Below, in pieces: positions 1 to 13,602 of a stretch of DNA of 50,086 bases (the first letter of the stretch is position 1; each line of letters starts with the position of its first letter). The translations under genes were made by a program, and so were the position numbers. Location of the stretch: NCBI GenBank assembly GCA_001938485.1, contig MQRK01212777.1:1-50086 (forward strand), read 5' to 3'. The notes below the pieces were generated by a model that ran no database searches, had not been told where the DNA came from, and worked only from the letters and a program-made list of their open reading frames with translations. Source of the stretch: Girardia tigrina. Lineage: Eukaryota.

Positions 1-305
1 TAATTAATTAAAGTTTGATAATTATGAATTTTAATAATATTTTCAGTAAATGATTTTAACTTATTAAAATTTAATATTTTAAAAATTAATGTTTATTTAA
101 AAAATTACATAATGTCTTTATCCAATAAAAATTATGAGAAATTAAAATGTAATATTAATATTTCCCCATTCATTAATTTTTTCATATTTAAATATTTAAT
201 CAAAAACTATATTAATCAAAGAAGGATGACCACTGAAAATTGTTGTGAAGAATCAGTTTGTGTTGTAAATAAATGTTTGCATTCAAATTGTGATGTTGTT
301 AATAC
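1..305 (+). repeat. Dispersed direct duplication, copy 1 (partner 40635-40941); contains exon-like Cys-rich stretch ENCCEESVCVVNKCLHSNCDVVNT
   Basis: Nucleotide match by eye from taattaattaaagttt to gatgttgttaatac; ORFs 112..318 and 40811..41017 share the same peptide. Confidence 0.9.
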
Positions 306-2039
306 TCACGATGTCTAATGAGATCACGGCTTAAAATAACAAAAAAGTCTGACGTATGAAATTGATTAATGTATTAATCAATCTTTTGATCCTAAAATCG
401 ATGCACAAACACCATTATGAGAACTTATGCAATCTCTTACATAGGGGAAGTAGAAGTTATTTATAATTAAAAATACAAAATAATTTTAATCTACAAGTCA
501 TTTTATGATGTCAGTTGAGACAACGAATCAAGTAAATAGATGCAAGTCATTTATCAAACGAAAAAAAATGTAACAAAATAGTTTATATATTTGGATTGTT
601 CTCTTCGATTACAAAGTCAATCAATTATAACCGGAGTCACCATAAATTGAATGTATAATTGAAATTTTGAGGAAACCTTTAAAGATATGGCAAGATCTTT
701 TATGATACACAAACTCTTTTTCACAACTTTTACAGAGTTCTTGCTTCTGATTTATCCATTTATTCTGTTTAAAGTTTTTCGTAATTTTCCTTCAAACTTG
801 TTCTCAATTTTCAAAGGCTAATTAAAATGTAATTAATTTTCAATTAATCAATCGCCATCTTGTATATGTCATGTAAGGTAATGATTATGTTGCGTCTGAC
901 GCTATTCGGAATTTAACTTTAGTTTGACTCTTAGATTTTAATTTAATTCAATAGATTATTTTATGTTTATTAAATATGTAAATTATGTGGCCAAATGTTA
1001 ATTAAACATTTAATGTTTAGTCATTTATGTATGATTATATAAATAATTACTTTTTAATTATGGTGTTAACTTTTCTAATTCGATTTTTATTCACTTTTTT
1101 TATTTAATAGAAATATATTAAAAAAAATTAATTTTGTATTTATTTTATTTTTTATTAATAAAATAAAACTATTTGATAAATATGTAATTGTTTCGAAGTA
1201 TTTATTTGTCTAATTTCCATGAACCCTGTATCTACCCCTTCATGACCTTGTAATCTTGACTTCCAATTATTCAATATATTTCTTTTTTATTTTTCTTTAT
1301 TTATTTATAAATTGTTTTTATGAAAAATTATTATAGTAATTAAAATGATATTTTTCAATAATTAAAGTTGAAAACTTTTTCAATTTTTTTAATAATTATA
1401 ATTTTTTTCAATTTATATCAATTTAATTTTGGAAGAGTGTCAAAGAAAAATAATTATAACATAACACAATTGTTATGATTTTGCTGAGATCGTAAATTTT
1501 TGAATTATAAAAACGTAACTCTTAAAATATTTTAAATATATTTCATTAAAAATTTTATTATTGAAGGATTTTAAATATTTCATTAAACTAGATTTTATAA
1601 ATTGTTGTGAAAAAAATGTTAAAATAAATTTAATTTAAAATAAGGATTAAGCGTTACGAAAATAAAATCGAATAAATTAAATTTAATGTTTAATTAGCAG
1701 TAACAATTTAATTAAATTTTACGCTTAGAAAAAATTATAAAATTAAAATTTATATGTATATTTATATTTGGTATTTTTATAAGAATACTAAATAAGAAAA
1801 CATGGTTCCTCAGAAATTTGTTTAAAAAATAGTTAATTGTTATAGAAATAAATTCTTAATGTTATGAACTCCCTTTTTTGATCATGAATCCAAAAACAAT
1901 ATTTAATAAACTTGTTAAGGGGTTCTATAATTGAATTAACACTACCATTATTAATAATAATTAATAAGAACACCAATATGGGATTTCGAACTTTTATTTT
2001 CAATACAATTAGAATTGTCTTTTGGACAACTCTCGTCCA

Positions 2040-2600
2040 AGCTTTCAGAATTCGTCATCGTTCTAAATTGATAAATTTTTGTTAATGTTTTTTATTAAAC
2101 AATTATTCGAACCAATTTTCATTATTTTCAGATTTTATTTTGAAAGTTCTAATTTTATAATTTTAGTAATACTTTTATCTACATATTAATTTTATTTAAA
2201 GAAAAAACATTTAATTAATCAATTTAAAAACAAGTTAAATGTTATTTAATTTATTTAAATTTTTAATATTTAAATTTTAAACGAATTAATAATTTTAAAG
2301 TTTTTAAATATCTTATGCTGTACTCTAAAATATAAATTATACTCGAATAATTATTCATCGTGAACATCCAAAATACTAATTTTTCATCTGGATGGGAGAA
2401 ACACATTTCCAAATACTAAAATCAACATACAAAATTCAACATACCAAATTTAAAATATTCCTCACAATAATAATATGATTATTGCTGTAAGTAGCGTTTA
2501 TGCCACTTTCATTATTATCATATTCTAGAGCCATGATTTAACACCACAAACATTTATTACTATAACAATTCACATTTCTAAAACAAATTTTCCTGTTAAT
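2040..2600 (-). repeat. Diverged inverted paralog of 20700-20810 + 25660-26090
   Basis: tgtaagtagcgtttatgccactttcattattatca (~2487) is the reverse complement of ~20777-20810; catctggatgggagaa and aatttaaaatattcctcacaata match the reverse of ~25663-25765; ttagaacgatga matches ~26051. Confidence 0.8.
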
Positions 2601-2961
2601 TTAATTTAATTATCTCGACCCAAATTAATCTATTAAATTCTTTTCGATTTAATTTTTAAAACCCTGAAAATTTATTTCGAAAATTTATTTCAAAAAATTA
2701 TTTAAACTTTATTTTCAAAATCAATTTTTAAAATTTCTAATTAAAAATATTTCTATTTATAAATAAATATTTNNNNNNNNNNNNNNNNNNNNNNNNNNNN
2801 NNNNNNNNNNNNNNNNNNNNNNATTTTTAAATTTTTAAAATATTTAATAAACAAATTAACATAAAAATATTTTACCCTTTAAATAAAAAAATAATAAACT
2901 ATTCAGGTCAGATAAAAATTTAAAATTAACCCCTCATAATTGCTATTATTATTCTTCTTAA

Positions 2962-3211
2962 CACGTTAAGACCACATGACGCATATGTGCGTCACAAAGT
3001 GAATGCAATAATATATTGCACAGATTTTCCTGGGCCTTCGTAAAACTAAGGGATTGTAGTGTAGTTTGGAAATGACATTCGTCTATTATGTATTTTCTTA
3101 TTGGTTTTCACCTAACGGTATTTCGAAGCTTAGCTGTCCTTTTTATCCTCAACTGAATTTACAACTCGATTTGTCACTACTCCCTAACATTAACTCTCGG
3201 TTCTGAACGCG
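2962..3211. mobile_element. piggyBac-type MITE (~250 bp)
   Basis: TTAA at 2958-2961 and 3212-3215; imperfect TIRs cacgttaagacc / ggttctgaacgcg; subterminal palindrome tgacgcatatgtgcgtca. Confidence 0.75.
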
Positions 3212-4506
3212 TTAAAGTCAAAAAAAGATTTTGTTTTTAATATAAAAATAAATGTATAAATAAATAATAAAATATTTTTTTTACTTAACAAGTTAATTTT
3301 CCTTTATAAAAAATAAATAATTATTTCTATGATTTGACTTCATTTTATTTCCTGTATTTTTTGCTCTCAAAATAAATCGGAGTTTGATCATTAAATTCGT
3401 CAAAGCAAATATTGAAATATTATTCAGAAGTATTAAATTATATTTTATTAAATAGATAATATGGATGTACTTCAAAATATCAATTGAGTGCAGTGGTTTG
3501 GCCAGTGCCGTCTTTAATAAAAATATAAATAATTTATCATTAAATGACTAAAGTTATGCATGATAAATCAGCAATGATGTTCACTGAAGCCTACACCATT
3601 TTCTAAATGTTTCTTATTTAATATATTAAAAAAATGGTGTTTGTTATTTATTTGTAACAAGTCATATCTCTCTTCTACTCTTTTGCTACTTTTTGAATAA
3701 GGATCCTTTCAATCGAAGAAGATCTCCGTTGAACCCACGTTTTTTCATCCTTAATGTCAGAACATTAAAAAATTTCATATTACTATTACATTATATTCCA
3801 CAATTATTAAAATTTATTTTATATAGATTTTACACATATTATGTTTGGAATAAGATTAACACGAGAACTACCAGTCCGTCAAAATGACGCATTGGGCATT
3901 TAGGAATTTCAATTTTTATTATAATTATGTAAATATTGTTTTAGAATATTATGAAGACTTCCCATAAGACAACAGTGTAATTATAATTCAATGTTAATGT
4001 TCTTTTTAAGCACTTTAATTTAAATAATAGGATGAGTTAAGCCGGATACACATTTTACGTCGGTCGTTCTAGTGATAAAAATACAATGTAATTAAAAAAT
4101 GGTCACTTAGAATAAAAACTGAAAAAAATAAAAGAAAAAGGTTTTAATTTTCTTGTCAAAGATTCCATGTTAACTATTGTAGTGGTCACTAAATCGTATC
4201 AGCAGCATCAACCAATTAAGAGTTTTTTAAAGTGATATTTAATTTAATTTTTTGATTTTTAATTTTGAAAAAAATTTCTTAATTGGATTTGCGACCCCTG
4301 AAATTTTTGAGCTAAGAAAAATTCAGACGTACATTAGAAAATTTTTAATTCAATTAAAAATTTAAAAAATTGATCAAACAAAAATTATTATCAAAAATTT
4401 TGAATGAATTAATTTTTGTATTGTTCAAATATATTCGAATTATTATCGCGTTCTTTAAATTTGTTTTCTTTGTAATTAAATATTTGAAACCATTCTATTA
4501 ACAACA

Positions 4507-4954
4507 ATGTTACTGTTTCAAAAAGCGATAAACAATGATTTTTCTAACATCACATATGAAGAAATTCTTGGTAAGAATAAATGCTCGAAGAAATGCAAGA
4601 AAAAACAGGATCATCGATCTTGGTTTTATCGATTTGTTATCGGTCGTTTGCCGATGGAATTCGAACGGGAATCCGTCGATCCCGATTATCGAAAATATCT
4701 GATCGCGCAATCGCGAATCGCCGCCACAATGGAACTACTCGTACTTGGCAACGGCGCAATATGATCCCCGATGTCTCAATGTCGACCAGTCCAGAGAACG
4801 ATCCCTGTTGATTTATTCGCAATTTCCCGATCCGAAATGCCGATGGTGTCGCCCGATGGCGACACGTTTGACCGGGACGGATTCGATAATTTACGCGACC
4901 GATATCGGTGACATTTGTCACTTCAACTATAGAGTTTCCAAAGTATCAAGTTGA
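4507..4954 (+). pseudogene. Frameshifted intronless CpG-rich coding relic, weakly WD40/beta-propeller-like
   Basis: GC/CpG-rich island against the AT background; ORFs 4507..4764 and 4745..4954 join as LLVLGNGAI/YDPR if 2 nt are restored; ends GTDSIIYATDIGDICHFNY. The family call is inference. Confidence 0.35.
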
Positions 4955-5814
4955 CCTTTAAAGTTCAAATGAAGGGTTTCCCTGAATCTCACTAACATAC
5001 TTTATCCAAACATTAATTTGATTCTTAATAAGAAATTTAAAAAATAATGGCAAATTTTTATTAAAATCAAGAACTAATATATTGCAATCAAATTTTATTT
5101 TTATAATGGCGTTCTTTTGATTGTTTTTTTTATATTTTCGACCATAGAAAATTTATTTTAAAATAAAATGTGTTGTTTTTAAAATTTATCTTAATTTATT
5201 ATTTTATTTATTTGAGATTTATTACAAAATAATTCTGTAATTTACATAATATTTCCCCAGGGTTGGTTGGCATAAAATCTTTTATAAAAATCTCCCCTGC
5301 TTATATGGTCAATATTGTCAAGAAGATACACTCCTTTATGAAGTTTCTAGGGGTACATCAAAACCTGCGCTGTTAATTAGAAATTAAGAACGAATTCGAG
5401 AATTAGAATTTATTAACCCAGAAAACAAATTCGTACACGAATGATCTCACAACTTACAATTTTTTATTGTTTTGTTTATTTAAACGAACTAAAATTCTAT
5501 ATTATGAATTTTTATTTTATTAAAGTGATAATTAATTTTTATCGTTTTTTTATTTGAATTTTCAAGATCGCGCTATACTTTTTCTAATTTTTTATTTCAA
5601 AATATTATGATAAATGTGATGATTTTAAGGATCACTACAGTTGCAATGGCAATTCAACTTTATATATTAAAATATTGATGTTGTTAATGTATACAATATC
5701 ATTTTTATATGATATCATCAAGCCGCAAATAAATTAACGATATACGTGTTGGGGTTCCTTTGGTGAACTTTAAATTTTTGATATTTTTAAATTAAAAATT
5801 ATATTTATATTTTA

Positions 5815-6100
5815 GATAAATTAAAAATAATGTTCGACTAATTAAAATGAATTAATTTTTGAAATAAAAAATTTAAGTTTATAGATAATATTTTTTACTA
5901 ATTAAAATAAATAAGATTGCATAAAAAATATATTTTATAGGTAATATTTCTACTAATTAAATTGAAATAATTTTGTAAAAATTATAGTTCACAGATAGTA
6001 TGTTACTAATTAAAATGAAATAAGTTTTGTAAAAAATTTTAGAGTAACGATAATATTTTAATTAAATTGGGACAAATTTTTATAAAAATTAAGTTTTAAA
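5815..6100. repeat. Degenerate AT-rich tandem repeat, ~5 units of ~55 bp
   Basis: Core (ac)taattaaa recurs at ~5837, 5897, 5952, 6005 and 6058, with similar flanks (agataata...gaaataa.ttttgtaaaaa). Confidence 0.7.
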
Positions 6101-8599
6101 AATTCACAATTAAAATATCATCTTCGAAATTAAAGAATATTGTAAAGAAGATTTTGATATATTTTGTAACACTATTTAAAATAAAATTAGAATGTTTATC
6201 GAATTTAATTGTACACGGAAAGTTTTATTAAAAAATAATAATTTATTGAATATTTTAAAATCAAGTCTAAAATAAAAATCATAATGTTATTGAATTTAAT
6301 TGTCAATGGAAAGTTTTATTAAAAAAATAATTTAAAATGGAATTATTTAAAATTAAAGAAAAATTATTTAGGAATTGAATTTTTACAGGATATGTCCACT
6401 AAAATATTTTTAAAGATCTAAATTTATAAACATAGTAAAAAAATTAATAAAACAGAAACAAAATAAGATTTATGCAAAATTGAAGAAAATAACATATATA
6501 TTTATACATCAATATTATTATTTATATTTAGAATTTTTAGATCTGGATTATGTAATTGAAATATTGTTCCTCATAAATTTGTTTCAATAATGAAAATTGT
6601 AGTAGTAAAAGTTTGCAAATTATGACTTCGAATTTTGATCACGAACCAATTAATACAGATCAGCGATATTGTCCTTAAATGAAAGATAAAATGATTAATT
6701 TTCTAATGTGTTTTGAATTGTCTTTGGGCATGAAGATATTTGAAATATACATACCGATAAAAATATAGATAAATAATATATTAATATTAATATAGATAAA
6801 TAATAATACTTAAATTTAAAAACCGAGCTCGCACATAAATTGTCAATGTATAAAAATGAAATATTCCGTTATCCGCTGATTACGCATAGTAAAAACTGGA
6901 ATCTTCCGTGACCCACTGGTTGAGCGTTAAGACAAGATTTTAGAAACGCATTGATTTGAGGAATTGTAAATTTTTAAAACTTAAAATAAATTAGGAATTG
7001 ATATTTTTTATGTTAAATCATTTTCGTTTTTAATTGATCAATTGGAAAGGTTTTATTAAAAATTAAATACTTAATATTTTGCGTATATCTAAATGTTATA
7101 AATTAAATGCATTAGAAATATTTTTTAATTCACAAAATTTTGTTGTAATTTTATCAATGTTATGAAAACTGTAAGCAAATATGAAGTGAATTTCGATAGC
7201 AGCATCGAGAATGTTAGAATACCACAAGTGCGGCGAACGTGATCTCTATAAACGATTAGTTTTAAGAATTTTTGATTTATTTTATTTTGATAACACAATA
7301 CGTTTTGATATTTCGGCCTTCGTTCGGAACGTTTATGGAGCATAGTTCAGTAAAAGAATGTCATCCGAAATACTAATGGATTGTGAGATCAATTTTATAG
7401 ACATTCTCTAACTTTATTTGTACGAAATTTCAATGTGGAACAACTTATATATGTTATTATTCTTAACCTTCTATCATAAGGTATATGCTAAGTAATACCC
7501 AATAATGATTTCTTGGAGAAGGATTCACGTTACGTACTCAAAAAATTAATGTAACAAGAAATTAATATTAGATACAATGTTTGTATTACAAACACAATTA
7601 TTAATAATAAATATATGAAATATATTAGGTTGCTAAGTATGAAATTTGTAAGCATGATTACAATAAATTCAAATAGTTATAATTAGGTTCGAATTCAGAA
7701 GTTAAGCTCATAACACCAAAATTTTATTTTTATAACAATATCGATTTTTTAAATAAATATTTCCAGGAACCTAGATACTTTCTTTTTACACAAACCGTTA
7801 TAAATAAAAATAAATATAAATACAGATATTAATATCTCATTTACTAAAAATTTACCTTTATAATTGTATTTTATTAAAACTTTAAAAAGGAATTGTATTA
7901 AAATTTTTGTCAGAAATATTTTATTACGTTTCTTATTTTAACGTTTATTACCATTTGTCAAATTACACTTCAGTTGTTCATCCTAATTTAAATATTAATT
8001 TATATTCGGATTTTTTATTCTATTTCAATGAAAATTTTGTATTTAAATAAAATTACATTTCAATTTTAATTTTAATTTAATTCTCATTTTAATTTTGTAT
8101 TCAAATAAAATAACATTACATTTTTAATTTGATTAATTCACACCTCATTTAATTCATTAATATTCAGACAAAATTATGTTATGATACAATTTTAATTTTT
8201 ATCCTGTTACTCCAAATTTAAATATTAAGTATTATATTCGTATCCAAAATTTAAATTTACTTTATTAACTTTATGGTAAATCTTTTTATTAACTCTATAT
8301 TAAATTTCAATAGCCTATCGTATATTTTATCTTTAACTTTAATTATATTTTTTTAATTCTGTAAATCTTACTTTAACAAAATCCTAACGAAATATTTTTA
8401 AAGTATTAAACTTGTCAAATTGTAAAATTCAAATATTTTATGAACTCACGAGAAATCCTAACAGTTATAATTTGACAATGACTTAAAATTTTGTTGCTCA
8501 TTTTTTGTTTGATTGTTACATATATTGGCTATTGCACACATCAATCCAAATTAATTAAAATTATTGATAATTAAAATTATTCTTTTAGTAATCATTGTT

Positions 8600-9570
8600 T
8601 TAAAAAATGCAAAAACTATGAAATTCAAACTATTATGAAGTACGAGTTCCTACGTGGAACCTCAGCATCAGAAGCCATGTACATTTAAATGCAATGCTAC
8701 TAAGCATCAGACAGCCTCGAATTGGTTCAGGAAATTCGTGAAAGGTAATTGAAACCTCAATAATGAGTGTCGGGGTCGCCCAGGAACGCAAGTAGACAAT
8801 GATGAATTGAAGGTAACCATGGAGTCGGATCCATCACAAAGTGCTTATAATTAATTAATTACGTCTGCTTTTATTTGCTTTGCTGAAATTGGTAAAGTGA
8901 GGAATTGGGATAAAGGTATTACACATGAGTTGAATGTAAATCAGAAGCAAAAGCACTTGAATGCGATGTGATAAATGTGATCACTTTTTGAATTGAATCG
9001 TTACTTATGATGAAAAAGCCATCTAATATGATATGTATGATGTGATAATCACAAAAGTAGGTACGAATTAAGTACTAAAATATATTTCAAAGCACAATAT
9101 TCATCAAAAGAAGCTGATGATGAGTGTTTGGTAGTCTGTTGCAGAGTAATCTATTATGGCTTCATGAAACCTGGTTTGTTGATCTGAGCAGATGTCTACT
9201 GCAACCAATTGGAATATATGATATGGAAACTTAAAGAACTTAAAGCCGCCTTTGGTAAACAGGTTGGCTCCCATCGGGCTCCACGCCAAGGCAAACCCCC
9301 ATACTACTCTTAAGGCTATTAAAAAACTATAGGAACTTGAGTTTGAACTTCTCTATACTCTTCAGAACTAGCTTTAAAGGCATACATTTCTTATTCTATT
9401 TTAAAAACTTTTTGATAGAAAAAAATTCAATCCCAAAGATGCCGTAACAATTGAATTCCAGGAATTTTTATATTCTCGTCCACCAAATTTTTATTCGAAT
9501 GCCCTTAGCAAGCGGCTGCTCAAATGGCAAACGTGTGTCGATGACATGTGTGTATACCTTGATGATGAAA
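8600..9570 (+). mobile_element. Degenerate mariner (DD34D-type) transposase remnant
   Basis: Fragmentary translations EIQTIMKYEFLRGTSASEA, WFRKF, GRP..VDNDELK..ESDPSQS, IVTYDEK, HQKKLMMSVW, KWQTCVDD; many stops and frameshifts. Confidence 0.85.
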
Positions 9571-9699
9571 AAAAAATATTATCAATAAATTTTAACTTTA
9601 GTTCTATAATTTTGATAATTGATACCCTAATAAAACTAAAATTGTGTACAGAAATAAAAAGCAAATGTTAAAAAGAAAAATTAAAGTTTTAAGATTTTA

Positions 9700-11500
9700 T
9701 TCATTGCAAATTAGTTAGTGTACACATGTTTTTGAGTTTATTATCATCACAGGCATTCATATTGTAGTCTTGCACAGCCATTGCAAGAGTCCCATGTAGT
9801 GATGCATATTTTTTTTCTTTTTAACCTGTGAAGAGCCTAACTGAGCCTTTGTCAACATCAATCTTCGAAAAGTTTTATCTTTTTCCAGTCCATGAAACAA
9901 GATCCAAACACTTTGGTCGCTGAAGTGAAATATGACATAAGGAGCATTGGGAAAACCTTCACAAAAATTTGTAGTTTTGGGTATTTATTTACCAGCAGCA
10001 TCAAAATAGTTTCAGTATTTTATTGGAAACTTAGGAGCTCTACCAAGGGAACTTTCAATATAAGTTGATAAGAAATATATACGAATGTCGTTGTAGTATT
10101 CCTCATCAGATAGTGTGGCAGAAAAAGTATCAAAAACATTTCTGACATCTTTGGCTGGCACCAAAGTCAAGGCATAGAGGCTTTTTGCACCAGTTTCATA
10201 CTAATGGTCCTTTCATATTCATTCTTGTGATAATACTTGTGTAGAGATGAAAGTAGCACACTCTTAAATCTACATAAGGAAATACCACTCTTGCTTCAGT
10301 TATGGATGCCTTTTCAAAATCAACCAAGATTCTTGTTGGTGACAACTGAGCCAAAAGTTGTTTAATATTTTGAAACATAATGTGATATGTTTCTGTGTTC
10401 TTTTTGCAAAAGGAAGTAAACATATGGTGGATATTATGTGCTTATTTGAGAATGCCAAGTATAAAGCTGATAAAATACGTTAGTTGACTTGTCAAATTTT
10501 CCATCATCATAAATGGTAACATTGTCAAGTTTAATTAATAGGTCTCTTTCACCAAATGATAAAATTCTGTCAGAACCATTAGCCCCTGAATCATGCAAGA
10601 CTAATTTAGAATATTTATCAGGATTCACAAATCAGGTGCAGTTGGATTGGGTTCTAGGACAATTCGTTGCAGGGAAATTAATTTTCTTAATTATAAAAAT
10701 GAAAAAAAATAAAAGTAGAAATAATAAATTTAATAATATTTTAAATTATAAAAAAGATTTTTTTGGGAATATTTTAAGCTGTCCGTGATAACATTCCTTG
10801 CACTAACAACCCAATTGAAGGATGGCACAATGCATTTGTACGGACAGTTCAAATCGCACACCCAACTCTGCCAAAATTAGAAGTCAATTTTCAGAAATTA
10901 CAGAACATAAACCAAATAAACGTTGAGCGAATACTTGTAGGTGAAGATCTTCCTCTGCGGAAAAAGAAATATCCTGCTCTGGATCGTCTATTGCGCTCTG
11001 TTGTGAGTGATTATAAGAATCGAACATCAATCGATTACTTACGACGATGCAGCCAATAATTAATTTAATGGATTAATAAATACTTTCAGACACATTTTAA
11101 CGATTTTGTTAAATTTTATTTTTTAAAATTTTATTGCATTGACATTTATTTGTGTTAAATTATTTTTATTATTCCGTAATGTGTATCCTGCGACAAATTC
11201 TTCATGACGAATTTCCCGGCTCCGAATTGTCCGGTTACCATTGGATTGAGAATATGATCAGCCTATCTCTGCCTACTTAAGCTCCTAACAAATGATGAAA
11301 TTTTACGAATATGATAAGAATTTCCATGCCCAAGCTTCATGATGTATGGTCCATCCCATTTTGTGTAGTGACACCTACGTTTTTTATTGTTAAATTACCA
11401 TGAAACCATTCTGAAGATGCACCAAAGGAAGAACATTTGCCCCCGATTTATATTTGCAATAATGCAACGAGTGTATTTTTCACATTTTATTGTTTTTAAT
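9700..11500 (-). mobile_element. Degenerate Mutator-like (MULE) transposase, interrupted by a nested element
   Basis: ORFs 10434..10628 (DGKF..FYQLYTWH) and 10196..10423 (KNTETY..LVDFEKA..CYFHL) carry MULE DDE-domain motifs; the 3' part is homologous to 48480-48860. Confidence 0.85.
10650..11239 (+). mobile_element. Non-autonomous MULE (590 bp) nested in the MULE transposase
   Basis: 9-bp TSD gttggattg (10641-10649) / attggattg (11240-11248); ~30-bp TIRs ggttctaggacaattcgttgcagggaaatt vs reverse-complemented ggtaaccggacaattcggagccgggaaatt; internal TNNPIEGWHNAF..HP MULE C-terminal fragment. Confidence 0.85.
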
Positions 11501-12006
11501 CATTCATTAAATCTGTTTATTTGATTTGACTTAATATGCTTTATGGATAAAACGTTCATTCATAGAGACAATTTTCGATAGAAATTTGATGTTGTTTTAT
11601 TGTATAGGTAATGACAACTTTCAGGTGGTCTTAACCTTAGTCTCAAGCAATATAGTCAATTTTAATTAAATATGTAATAAAGATTTTTAAAAGTCTAAAG
11701 TAGAAAATAAAAAACTAATCACAAAAACAAAACTACATCCATAGACAATTTATAAAAGATAAGTCGTAGGAAATTACCGGGTTTTCTAGACCACCTTAAA
11801 TATGACCATTTTGTCATATGTCATACAATGGTACAACAATATTTACAATCGGATTAAAAGTATCTGTGCGTCTTTTACCTGAAATATTTTGTGCATTTAC
11901 AATATTATTAGTACAATTGACATTTATTTGGTGATTAACTAACATATGCCTCTGCAGCCATCCTTTGGTTTTATAACTTTAGTGGCAGTTCTTTATTGGA
12001 CATATA

Positions 12007-12510
12007 CTGTCAGGTCCATTTAATTATATAAGAAGTCCATTTATTAATAAATCCATGTCTAAAAATGAAAGAAAAATAAAATTAAACCAATCAAAATGTT
12101 AATTTAAAAAACATACTTACTCAAATTTGATAATAAAATGTCCATTTGAGAATAGAAAATATATGAAATACTATTTTCTACCCCTTAACACACATACATA
12201 CATACCTACACACACAACATACACATATAATATTAGGACCAATTGTTAATATAATGTCCATTTAACAATATAAAATTTTAATAAAAATTTTGTAAAATTT
12301 TAAAAATGTACGAAGATATATCGAACCCATCTTCCATCGCCAGTACAAGAACCGATCTGCGGTTCATAATTGCCCACAAAGAGTAAAAACCCCGAAATTG
12401 TAAGTTTTAGTAGATGCATATAGACGTGGAGAAGATTACCTATATTTGTCCCGGCAGTTGGAGATTTGCGAATCTGCCGCAAGGGGTATCATTTACCGAT
12501 ACCAGAAGAA
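12007..12510 (+). mobile_element. Left end of a Tc1/IS630-like element (long terminal sequence plus HTH fragment)
   Basis: TA then ctgtcaggtccatttaattata; the first ~200 bp match the reverse complement of 45680-45857 and 47310-47385; HTH-like LVDAYRRGEDYLYLSRQLEICESAARGIIYRYQKNG at ~12405-12515. Confidence 0.65.
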
Positions 12511-12519
12511 TGGCTGCAT

Positions 12520-13602
12520 TAATGTTAGCGCAATCTGACAGTGCAGTACAACAATGTTACTACACGTACAATAAGAAATCGCCTGTGCAAGGAATTCAAA
12601 ATTCCAGCTTGTAAAGCTGTGAAAAAACCAATCATCACAAGTGCAATGAGAAAGAAGTGATTACAAGTTTGGGAAAAATACAAGAATTATACGATTGAAC
12701 CGTGGAAAAAGGTCATGTTCAGTGATGAAAGCTCATTCCAAATCAACAATTGCCCCAATCAGACAGTTCGATGACCAGTTGACTCATCACCGGTGAACCC
12801 AAGGTACATAAAGAAGACTAGCAAGCATCCAGCTTCGGTCATAGTTTGGGGCTGTTTTTCCCACAATGGTCGAGGGGGCTTACACTTCTCAATTCAAACC
12901 AAAATCTCAATACTGATGGTTATATCAAGATTTTAGAAGAAAAGTTGGCTCATTTTATGTGCGTCCATGGTTGTACAATTTTCCAGCAAGACAATGCCCC
13001 TTGCCATTGTACAAAAAAGGCGCTGAAATGGTTTCAGGGCAACAACATTGAGCTGCTTGACTGGCCATCCAACAGCCCAGACCTGAATCCAATTGAAAAT
13101 CTGTGGTCCAACATGAAGAGAAAACTCAGTGAGTTCGAAATAAGATCTATAAGTCAATTAAAAGAGGAAATCAAACGGGTATGGTACCAAGAGACCGCTG
13201 CAGAGGAGTGCCAGAAACTTGCTGAGAGCATGCCATGTCGTATCGAAGCTGTTATCCGAAACAGAGCGTACCCAACCAAATATTGAACTCGATTGGCTTA
13301 AATTATGATCCTTTAACCCATTTCATCAATTCCTGTTACTATTTTATTCATTTTATGTCATATTATCCTGATTAACTTTTAGCTTGATATTTTATCGTTT
13401 TTAAATAAAAGTGTATCACTCAATGATTTCTCCCTTTTGATTGAAATTAAAAAATCCTGATATTAATTCTTTACTTAAAATAGATAAAATATACGTTTAT
13501 AAGATTGTATTAAAAAAAATGGGTTGAAAAACTGTTTTTGGTAATATATTTTCACTAAAAATCGCAAAAAAGTGCACTGTTAAAAGACTTTTTCCAGCAC
13601 TG
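12520..13602 (+). mobile_element. 5'-truncated Tc1 (DD34E) transposon
   Basis: WKKVMFSDES, KHPASVIVWGCF, FQQDNAPCH and WPSNSPDLNPIENLW motifs; right end gactttttccagcactg followed by TA. Confidence 0.92.
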
